A stretch of 64,000 bases of DNA from a virus. The notes beneath the pieces are model-generated. The model worked only from the letters and a program-made list of their open reading frames with translations, was not told where the DNA came from and searched no databases. The position numbers were made by a program, and so were the translations under genes. The stretch lies in the IMG/VR virus record IMGVR_UViG_3300032241_003073, positions 34,315 through 98,314 of that record; one strand, 5' to 3'. Positions 1 to 7,452 of the stretch are shown here, piece by piece (within the stretch, counting starts at the first letter, position 1; each line of letters begins with the position of its first letter).

Positions 1-140
1 TAATTGATTTTATTTTCTTTTTGTTCAATAAATTTTTCAATTAAATATTTTCTTAAATTAATTGGCAATTTATAAACTTTTTCAGGTTCTAATTCCATAT
101 GATACAAAAAGAAAAAAATTTCTTCAATAGTTATTGGCAT
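1..140 (-). CDS. Small tail/baseplate assembly chaperone C-terminal-domain paralog (gp51/gpT-like); stop codon at window edge
   Basis: Not in ORF track. GGAG RBS, ATG at 140: MPITIEEIFFFLYHMELEPEKVYKLPINLRKYLIEKFIEQKENKIN; near-duplicate of 175..396. Confidence 0.65.
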   Translation of the reverse strand, partial: MPITIEEIFFFLYHMELEPEKVYKLPINLRKYLIEKFIEQKENKIN

Positions 141-174
141 TTTTTGCTCCAAAAATTATTTAACGACGCAAAAT

Positions 175-396
175 TTAATGTTTCTTTTTACGGGCAGCTT
201 CCATTGCTTGATTTTCTTTTTCTTTTTGCTCAATAAATTTTTCAATTAAAAATTTTCTTAAATTAATTGGCAATTTATAAGTTTTTTCAGGTTCTAATCC
301 CATGTGATACAAAAAGAAAAAAGTTTCTTCATTGGTTGCTGTCCAAAATTCTAAGCTTGGGTCTTGTCCTTCTTGCGTCGAGGGGAGAAAAAATTT
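175..396 (-). CDS. -1 frameshift extension (T domain) of the gp26-like chaperone
   Basis: -1 frame opens just upstream of slippery A AAT TTT TTC (396..387) and reads ...PSLEFWTATNEETFFFLYHMGLEPEKTYKLPINLRKFLIEKFIEQKEKENQAMEAARKKKH*; first ATG is inside the conserved block. Confidence 0.7.
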   Translation of the reverse strand, partial: KFFLPSTQEGQDPSLEFWTATNEETFFFLYHMGLEPEKTYKLPINLRKFLIEKFIEQKEKENQAMEAARKKKH

Positions 397-1466
397 GATT
401 CAATTGGTAAATCAATTTCAAAATCCTGTAAGCAGCTTGGGCAAATGATTTCTACGCTTGTGTTTACTCCGAAAGGAGGTTCATTAATGCAATTTCTAAT
501 ATAAGATACATCGCTCATAGGAAGATTTTTAATTAAAATTTGCAATTCGTTTTTGTTTTCTATGCCATCAATATTGTTTAATAGCATTGCCGTTCGATAG
601 GTAAGAGTATCATCTGTGGCCGAATCGCCAAACATTTTTATTTTTCTTTCACGATAATTAGAAATTTCTTGTTCATCTCGTCCTGTAGAAAGTCGATAAG
701 AAAATGGAAGTTTCGTAGTTGGAAGAACGTCTTGTAAATTTGGTCCAAATTCATCTGGACAACTGTCAACATAAAGAGCGTTTAAATCAATGGATGTGCT
801 GAATTTTCTTTCGCACTCAGGACATTTAATTTCAACATCGTAGTTTGACCCATAGGAAATGCCACGAAGATAAATTAAAAGATATATTCTGTCAATACTT
901 AGCAATTGATCTGTTCGGAATTTTTCTTTGATACATTTTTGAAAAATCATATCCATTGCTTGTCCCTTTTTGACAAGACGAGATGTTGCTAAAATTTGTT
1001 CTTCTTCGCCAGTCATAGTTCTAATCGAAACAATTCCATTAGAAGGTCCATTTGATCCATCATAAAACCTTCCCTTGGAAGGAAGTTCAATTTCTTCATA
1101 AACAGAATTTGTTCCTTTTAGTTCTTCTAATAGTTCTTTTAGGTGATTGGAAGAATTTCCCGAACTTCTATTTTGTGGTTGTGGCGATGGGTTTTGTCCA
1201 AATCCACTCTTGGGTTCAGGCATCACTCCTTGACTTTTTTCTGCTCTAATCGCTTGAAGAAATTCAGGAGGAATATTTCCTTTAATGTTTAATCCTTCTA
1301 ATGGTCTAATATTCGTGTCTTCATGGGAACTTTGCTTTATTCTTTCTGAAACATTTAATTTGTTTAATTCATCTTCTTCTGTTTGATGAGAATGAGATTC
1401 GTACATTCCTTCTTGATGAGGTTGCTCTTGATGGGGTCTTCTTGGGCGAAAGCTTTCATCTGCCAT
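351..1466 (-). CDS. T4 gp26-like baseplate hub / tail assembly chaperone
   Basis: IELPSKGRFY, MTGEEEQIL, DRIYLLIYLRGISYG, two CxxC pairs (CPEC, CPSC), C-terminal NFF. Confidence 0.75.
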   Translation of the reverse strand: MADESFRPRRPHQEQPHQEGMYESHSHQTEEDELNKLNVSERIKQSSHEDTNIRPLEGLNIKGNIPPEFLQAIRAEKSQGVMPEPKSGFGQNPSPQPQNRSSGNSSNHLKELLEELKGTNSVYEEIELPSKGRFYDGSNGPSNGIVSIRTMTGEEEQILATSRLVKKGQAMDMIFQKCIKEKFRTDQLLSIDRIYLLIYLRGISYGSNYDVEIKCPECERKFSTSIDLNALYVDSCPDEFGPNLQDVLPTTKLPFSYRLSTGRDEQEISNYRERKIKMFGDSATDDTLTYRTAMLLNNIDGIENKNELQILIKNLPMSDVSYIRNCINEPPFGVNTSVEIICPSCLQDFEIDLPIESNFFSPRRKKDKTQA

Positions 1467-1525
1467 ATTTTATCTCCTTAGATTACTAATTTATAATCAA
1501 GATATCTTATGGTTAATATAGCTTT

Positions 1526-1885
1526 ATGGAAATAAATTTAAAAAATATTGAAGAATTAATTTTTTTTGACAAAAAATTGCAAGATCTACTGCCAGAATAC
1601 CGTCATATATTTGATCAATGGCAAATCGGACAAAGAGTTCCTGGAATGAAATCTCTAGGACAAAGAAGTGTTTTTGAATTGCTTAATTCTTTAGGAAAAA
1701 AAGAAATTAGTGTTTTACAGAATTATTTTAATGATATAATTGTTTTAAACAGAATTAACAATAAAATTGTTGATCATTATCAATCATTTTTTGATGATCA
1801 AAATGATTTATGTCAATTTTTTGATTATAAAGATTTTTGTTTAACTATGGATAAAGATAAATTTAATATTACTTTTTGGAGATAA
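1526..1885 (+). CDS. hypothetical protein
   Basis: 119-aa ORF, first of a + strand run. Confidence 0.6.
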   Translation: MEINLKNIEELIFFDKKLQDLLPEYRHIFDQWQIGQRVPGMKSLGQRSVFELLNSLGKKEISVLQNYFNDIIVLNRINNKIVDHYQSFFDDQNDLCQFFDYKDFCLTMDKDKFNITFWR

Positions 1886-1888
1886 ATT

Positions 1889-2218
1889 ATGAGTTTGCAA
1901 GTTTTGATTCTATTTGTTTTAAGCACAATTGGAATGTGTCACATTATTGTTGATGGCTCTATTATGGAATGGTTTAGGAATTATTTAAAAGAATTTTGCA
2001 CAAAAATTGGAATTCCTAGTTTTGGAGGAGTGGTAGATTGTTATCTTTGTTGTGGAACATGGTGCGGGTTTTTTATGGGATTAGTTTGGATTTCACACAA
2101 TCCATTTCAAGTTTTTGCATGCGGTTGTGCTGGAGGTTTTCTTTCTAATCTTGCGGCTGTGATTCTTAATTGGGTGGAAGCTTCAACTATGGTGAATTTG
2201 CCAAATGAAAATAATTAA
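1889..2218 (+). CDS. membrane protein with CxxC (DUF1360-like)
   Basis: Hydrophobic segments, DCYLCCGTWCG motif, GGAG RBS. Confidence 0.55.
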   Translation: MSLQVLILFVLSTIGMCHIIVDGSIMEWFRNYLKEFCTKIGIPSFGGVVDCYLCCGTWCGFFMGLVWISHNPFQVFACGCAGGFLSNLAAVILNWVEASTMVNLPNENN

Positions 2219-2513
2219 TTTTTATCAATTTTTTTGTGATAATTGTAGTTATAAAAGAATTTCTACAGGATCTGATATTCAAGATTTAATTCAATTAAAA
2301 CAAAATGCTATACCTCGTGGATCGCCATACCTAGATAAACATACAAATGAAAAAATTGTACCTCCTCCTATAAGTCGATCAAAAATTTTTAAGTGTCCGA
2401 AATGTGGACATGCGATTAAACCTTTTAAATTAAAAGAGGAAAGTTCAAATGACAGGAAAATCAGTGGGATTGATGGAAGTGAAACAGGCTTTACGGGACA
2501 AGAGATTTCGTGA
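2205..2513 (+). CDS. zinc-ribbon protein
   Basis: CDNC and CPKC pairs. Confidence 0.6.
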   Translation: MKIINFYQFFCDNCSYKRISTGSDIQDLIQLKQNAIPRGSPYLDKHTNEKIVPPPISRSKIFKCPKCGHAIKPFKLKEESSNDRKISGIDGSETGFTGQEIS

Positions 2514-2832
2514 AAGTTTGCCGGGCGAACTACAACCAGAAATACAAAAATATTTACAAAATCCAGGGTGTGCCTGTAATGTTCCTATTTATAAAAAAAT
2601 TATGATTGAAGCCAAGCAACAACTTCAAAATTATTATCCAAACAGATCAATTGCTAACTTGGAAGAAGAAGCTTCTAAATTAGCTGAAAATCATTTTAGT
2701 GTGATAAATTGTCATGTTGATGAGTTAGAAGAAAAACTAAGAAGGCTCAATCCTGGAAGAAAACAATTAGCCGTAGCAAGGTATGAGGACAGAGTTACTG
2801 TGGTTGTTAATGAATTAGATTTAGTTTTTTAA
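2449..2832 (+). CDS. hypothetical protein
   Basis: 127-aa ORF, NPGCAC motif, GAGG RBS. Confidence 0.6.
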   Translation: MTGKSVGLMEVKQALRDKRFRESLPGELQPEIQKYLQNPGCACNVPIYKKIMIEAKQQLQNYYPNRSIANLEEEASKLAENHFSVINCHVDELEEKLRRLNPGRKQLAVARYEDRVTVVVNELDLVF

Positions 2833-2841
2833 GGGGAAATT

Positions 2842-4044
2842 ATGATAAATCGTAGTGAAATTGGAGATGTTCTGAATCATTTTGGATTGGTTGGCAATGG
2901 AATTGAAATTGGTGTTCAAAAAGGAGAATTTTCTAAAGAAATTCTTTCTTCTTGGAAAGGCGAAAAATTATATCTTGTAGATTGTTGGCAAAAACAAGAA
3001 AATTATGATGATATTGCAAATAAAGATGATAATGAACAAGAAGAAAATTATAAACAAACATTAAAAAATGTGGAAAAATATAAAAAAAGAGTAAAAGTTA
3101 TCAAAGCTTTTAGTAAAGATGCAGCAAACAGTTTTGAGGACGGGTTTTTTGATTTTATTTATATAGATGCTAATCATTCTTATGAAGCTGTTAAAGAAGA
3201 TTTAAATTTATGGTATCCTAAGCTAAAAGATGGTGGAATGTTTTGTGGTCATGACTTTTTAGAAGGAAGATTCTACGATAGTGATTTTGGCGTAAAGTCT
3301 GCTGTTACAGAATTCGCAAGATATTTGAATAAAGAGCCTTATGTTTGCGGTTGCACGTCTTGGTATTTTTTCAAATCAAAAGATTCTAAAAAAAAAAAAA
3401 TAGGGTTATTAAATGTTTATGATCAAAATTATCAGAGTTTAGCTGATATTACAATTCAAAATAAAAAAGATTATTGTGACTTACATGGATATGAATTTAT
3501 AGATTTTTCAATTGCAAAAAATAATACTGGAAAACATGTTGCATTTAGCAAATTTTATGCAGCACTTAAAAAGATGTATAATTACGATTGGATATTTTAT
3601 AATGATTTGGACTCATTGATCATGAATTACAATATAAAATTGGAAAGTTTTATAGACAATAATTATGACATGATTGTAAGTTATGACATTAATGGATTAA
3701 ATTCTGGACAATGGTTTGTTAAAAATTCTCCGTGGGCTCATAGTTTTATGAAAAAAGTTTTTTGTAGAGATGAATTTAATGAATTTGGAGGATGGGCAGA
3801 CCAAATAGCTTTTTGCAACACTTGGTTATATTCAGGTGAAGCAATGCAAAAAACTAAAGTCGTTCCTCAAAAATTATTTAATTCTTATTTGTATGAAACT
3901 TTTGGAAAAAACGATGAAGGTGATAGTCCATATTGGCCACAAGGTCAATTTCAAAAAGGTGATTTTTGTCTTCATTTTTGCGGCATGCCACACGATATGA
4001 GAGAATCTTATATCAAACAATATTTACCAATGGTGATTAAATAG
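2842..4044 (+). CDS. Class I SAM methyltransferase (Methyltransf_24-like) fused to GT34/MNN10-like glycosyltransferase
   Basis: IEIGVQKG, FDFIYIDANHSYE, GGMFCGHDF; then YCDLHGYEF, YDWIFYNDLDS, LNSG, DQ, GDFCLHFCG. Confidence 0.8.
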   Translation: MINRSEIGDVLNHFGLVGNGIEIGVQKGEFSKEILSSWKGEKLYLVDCWQKQENYDDIANKDDNEQEENYKQTLKNVEKYKKRVKVIKAFSKDAANSFEDGFFDFIYIDANHSYEAVKEDLNLWYPKLKDGGMFCGHDFLEGRFYDSDFGVKSAVTEFARYLNKEPYVCGCTSWYFFKSKDSKKKKIGLLNVYDQNYQSLADITIQNKKDYCDLHGYEFIDFSIAKNNTGKHVAFSKFYAALKKMYNYDWIFYNDLDSLIMNYNIKLESFIDNNYDMIVSYDINGLNSGQWFVKNSPWAHSFMKKVFCRDEFNEFGGWADQIAFCNTWLYSGEAMQKTKVVPQKLFNSYLYETFGKNDEGDSPYWPQGQFQKGDFCLHFCGMPHDMRESYIKQYLPMVIK

Positions 4045-4999
4045 TGACATATCCTTTTGTTGAATCTTTAATTCTTTCGCAAGAATTAATCATTTTTTCA
4101 GGATATTCTTTGTATTTTGATATTTCTACCGGATAATCATCATCTCTTCTTCTTTTTTGTCCAATAATTAAAGCGTTTTCATAAAAATCTTTGGCTTTTT
4201 CATAATCCTTTACAGCGTAATAAATATCACCAAGTAAGCACCAAAATTCAGACATGGTTGGCATTTTCGCAATACAAGGAACTATAAATTTAATTGCACT
4301 ATGATAATCTTTTTTAATGTAACAATTAACCATTGAACAATAGTAATTTGTCATATAGACAGATACTCCGTTTGATTTTTCTTGATGTAGATAAAGATCT
4401 GCTAAATTTAAAAAAGAATCCCAATTTTTATTTATTAGGTGGAAGCATGCTGTGTAATATATTGGTTCTGTCGCTAAAGGGTTTTTAGATTGCCATTTTT
4501 TAAGTAAATCTAAATGTATGTCTGAATTTTGATTATTGCCAGAAGATATATAAATTTCTGTGGGTTTTGAGTTTTTAAAATTGATTGTTTCGTAAACGGG
4601 GTTTTTAAATTTAATTTCCATTTCTTTATGAAACAATCTAATTTGCTTTGTGATTATGTCATTCTGTATTATCGAGACATTATAAACATCTTCTTTTTTT
4701 TTGATTAATTCTTTTATTTCATCTTTTCCGCTTATTAGTATTTCCCATGGTTCTATATAAAAGTTCCATGGACTTTCTGAAATTTTTAACATTTCATTTT
4801 TAATTTGAGATAAGTCATTATTTAATTCTATTTTAATTGGATTTAATTTATATTTGTTACATAGGCTTACAGTGTTATCTTTAGATCCGATATCGCAAAT
4901 AATTATTTTAGAATTTAAATTAAAAACAGATTCAATAGTCTTTTCAATTGTGCTTTCATTGTTCCTGGTCATGATGTGAATCGTCAGAGGTGATATCAT
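4037..4999 (-). CDS. GT2-like glycosyltransferase with C-terminal TPR
   Basis: IHIMTRNNE, IIICDIGSKDNT; TPR-like EFWCLLGDIYY..KDYEKAKDFYENA. Confidence 0.7.
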   Translation of the reverse strand: MISPLTIHIMTRNNESTIEKTIESVFNLNSKIIICDIGSKDNTVSLCNKYKLNPIKIELNNDLSQIKNEMLKISESPWNFYIEPWEILISGKDEIKELIKKKEDVYNVSIIQNDIITKQIRLFHKEMEIKFKNPVYETINFKNSKPTEIYISSGNNQNSDIHLDLLKKWQSKNPLATEPIYYTACFHLINKNWDSFLNLADLYLHQEKSNGVSVYMTNYYCSMVNCYIKKDYHSAIKFIVPCIAKMPTMSEFWCLLGDIYYAVKDYEKAKDFYENALIIGQKRRRDDDYPVEISKYKEYPEKMINSCERIKDSTKGYVTI

Positions 5000-5150
5000 C
5001 TTTTTTCCTGAATTTTTGTTGTATTAGCCAATCAATTGCGGAAGATTCTAATGGCATTTCTTCTTTTTTGTATTGATCACGTAAATTTCTGTAAAATTTT
5101 GATACATTTGGTTTTTCTAATATTTCAATTAATATTTCATATATTTTCAT
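4956..5150 (-). CDS. hypothetical protein
   Basis: 64-aa ORF overlapping the start of the GT gene. Confidence 0.5.
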   Translation of the reverse strand: MKIYEILIEILEKPNVSKFYRNLRDQYKKEEMPLESSAIDWLIQQKFRKKDDITSDDSHHDQEQ

Positions 5151-5240
5151 ATTTGTTACTAAAATAGTTTAAGAAAGAATAAATTGTCGGCAGTATATAG
5201 ATATCCTTTCTAAGATCTTTTGATAAATTTAAGGAGTTTG

Positions 5241-5789
5241 ATGGCAACAGAATATCTGAACAATAAAGTCTTTGAAATACTTATTGTTAAATTTCAACAA
5301 TCTAAGAAAAATAGAAATAAGTATAAAATGTTTATGGATGATATTATTGCCACAGAACAAAGGACTTTAAAAAGAGGAAAGTTTAAAAAGCCAGAATCTT
5401 GGATAGAAGCAGAAAAAACTTATTTATTGGTAGATTCTGAATTTCAAGAGATACAAGGACAATTAGCTATAGCATTTTACACTCTTTCTCAAAATATTGT
5501 TAGATATGCTAAATTTAATCTTATTGATCAAGACGATGCAATTCAAGATGGTGTAATGGTTTGTTTTGAAAAAATAGATAGATTTGATCCCAAAAAAGGC
5601 AAAGCATTTAATTATATGACAACTTGTATATTGAATGCTTTTCGTCAGCTTTATAGAACGGCAAGAAATTATAATGAATTAAAAAGAAAATATTTAGATC
5701 TTATGCAGATTCAGATGGAACAACAGTTGCCCGCATCGAAAAACAAAGGATATATTAAAAAAAATTATAATTTCAATGAAATGTTATAA
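5241..5789 (+). CDS. Phage late-transcription sigma factor (T4 gp55-like)
   Basis: YLNNK N-terminus; DAIQDG..CFEKIDRFDPKKGKAFNYMTTCILNAF sigma region 2; AAGGAG RBS before ATG 5241. Confidence 0.8.
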   Translation: MATEYLNNKVFEILIVKFQQSKKNRNKYKMFMDDIIATEQRTLKRGKFKKPESWIEAEKTYLLVDSEFQEIQGQLAIAFYTLSQNIVRYAKFNLIDQDDAIQDGVMVCFEKIDRFDPKKGKAFNYMTTCILNAFRQLYRTARNYNELKRKYLDLMQIQMEQQLPASKNKGYIKKNYNFNEML

Positions 5790-5855
5790 AAAATATTTGA
5801 ATTTTTTGATTTAAATTTTATAATTATATGTTATTTAAATTATTTGGCTGGTAAA

Positions 5856-6113
5856 ATGAAAAATTATATTAGTAATTCTTTTGATCAATTGGAAAACCAA
5901 GAACTTATTCAAAAATTAGTAGATAATGGATATGGATCTCTTGTAGATGCTTTTTTGCTTAATGACAGTAAAGTTTACACAAAAAAGGGAAGATTGAATA
6001 AAAGCGGCGCATGTCGGGTTATGAAGTGCAAACCTAAAGATCTTGAAGATGCAATTAAGGCTTGTCAAGAATTGTTGCAAAAAGAAATGGATTTTGAAGA
6101 AAACGTCGATTAG
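5856..6113 (+). CDS. hypothetical protein, possible HTH
   Basis: YTKKGRLNKSGACRVM; follows sigma gene. Confidence 0.55.
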   Translation: MKNYISNSFDQLENQELIQKLVDNGYGSLVDAFLLNDSKVYTKKGRLNKSGACRVMKCKPKDLEDAIKACQELLQKEMDFEENVD

Positions 6114-6153
6114 GCCGTTATCATAATCAAGTTGGGTTGTATTTTGGGTTCGT

Positions 6154-6675
6154 TTAAAGAGATCCTGCATAATCAATGTATGCTCTATCATATCTAATTG
6201 TCAGATCGCAAGTAATAACTTCTGACGTAGACATGTCTAGTTCCCCGAATTCTACTGATTGAGGCCATATTGACTCAAATATCCACGATTCAATTGCTTC
6301 TCCGCAACCATCATAAAGTTCCAATATGCCTTGTGGTTTTTTAAAATTATTTAGCGTGGGGTTAAACTCTCCTTTGTCTGGATTATATGCTAATTTTATC
6401 CATTCAAAAACTGGATGAGATATATTATTTTTAAGATCGTATAGTGTTAATGTGATTGGCTTCCATTCAGGTCTTCCTGGAAAATAAACAGTTTCTGTAA
6501 CATGCTGTGCTTCAATTTCTTTAAAAGAAACTGATGGTCTCGCCCCTTTAGATGGAGGCAAAGAATTGACGCCTTGGGCACTAACTCCATCAATTTTAAA
6601 CAGCCAACGATTTTTTCTTTTAAAACAAGCATTTGGACTCTCTAGTCCAAAGTCAAATCCCATTGATCTTGCCAT
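6154..6675 (-). CDS. tail tube protein (gp19-like), copy 2
   Basis: KRKNRW, ARPSVSF, PGRPEWKPITLT, WPQSVEFGELD, LTIRYDRA. Confidence 0.85.
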   Translation of the reverse strand: MARSMGFDFGLESPNACFKRKNRWLFKIDGVSAQGVNSLPPSKGARPSVSFKEIEAQHVTETVYFPGRPEWKPITLTLYDLKNNISHPVFEWIKLAYNPDKGEFNPTLNNFKKPQGILELYDGCGEAIESWIFESIWPQSVEFGELDMSTSEVITCDLTIRYDRAYIDYAGSL

Positions 6676-6693
6676 TTAAACCTCTTGATATAT

Positions 6694-6737
6694 AAAAACA
6701 CCTTGCTATCAATATAGTTTGATAGCAAGGTGTTTTT
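6694..6737. terminator. intrinsic terminator hairpin
   Basis: aaaaacaccttgctatcaa / ttgatagcaaggtgttttt inverted repeat. Confidence 0.75.
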
Positions 6738-6747
6738 ATTTTTAATT

Positions 6748-7428
6748 TCACGCAACAGAGTTTCCGCCCAATCCTGGAGGAAAAGACCCAATTGGACCAC
6801 CACCAGTGCCAGTACCAGCACCAGATCTTCCACCAGATCCTCCTCCAGAAGTACATCCACTGCAAATAGAGTATGGGTCTTTTGATCCACATAGATTTGT
6901 GTATGTCACTTCTGAATAACGAAGAGTCGCTTCAATTGTAACTTCTTCAGAAGAACTAAAATCAAGTTCTCCAAAATTAATTGCTTGTGGCCACATGTTG
7001 TCAAGATCCCATATTTCCAACTCAGTTCCACAACCATCATATAGTGTTAATATACCTGCTCCAGAATAACCTTTGCCAGTTCCTCCTTGTGGTCCTTTTC
7101 TTGACATTTGTTGCAATCCAACTGGGTCAAGAAAGTTATAAACAGAAGCTAACCAACTATAAAGAGTTGTTATGTCTGATCCTGGCCCAAACAAGTCATA
7201 AAAAGTAACTGTTATAGTTTCCCAAGATGCTTTGCCTGGAATCCACATTTTTCCATTAAGAAAATTTATTTCAGTTTCTTCAATGCTTACATTAGGACGA
7301 GATGCTATTTTAACCAAGTAAGGCGAAATGGTTGATCCGTTCCAATCTATTTGAAGCGTCCATCTAAATTTTCTTTTAAATCCTATATTTGGTCCGGCCA
7401 ATGCCCCCATTCCCATATTTATTGCCAT
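6748..7428 (-). CDS. tail tube protein (gp19-like), copy 1, Gly-rich C-terminal tail
   Basis: KRKFRW, SRPNVSIEE, PGKASWETITVT, WPQAINFGELD; directly after sheath. Confidence 0.85.
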   Translation of the reverse strand: MAINMGMGALAGPNIGFKRKFRWTLQIDWNGSTISPYLVKIASRPNVSIEETEINFLNGKMWIPGKASWETITVTFYDLFGPGSDITTLYSWLASVYNFLDPVGLQQMSRKGPQGGTGKGYSGAGILTLYDGCGTELEIWDLDNMWPQAINFGELDFSSSEEVTIEATLRYSEVTYTNLCGSKDPYSICSGCTSGGGSGGRSGAGTGTGGGPIGSFPPGLGGNSVA

Positions 7429-7452
7429 TTTTTATCTCCTTTTTTAATTATA

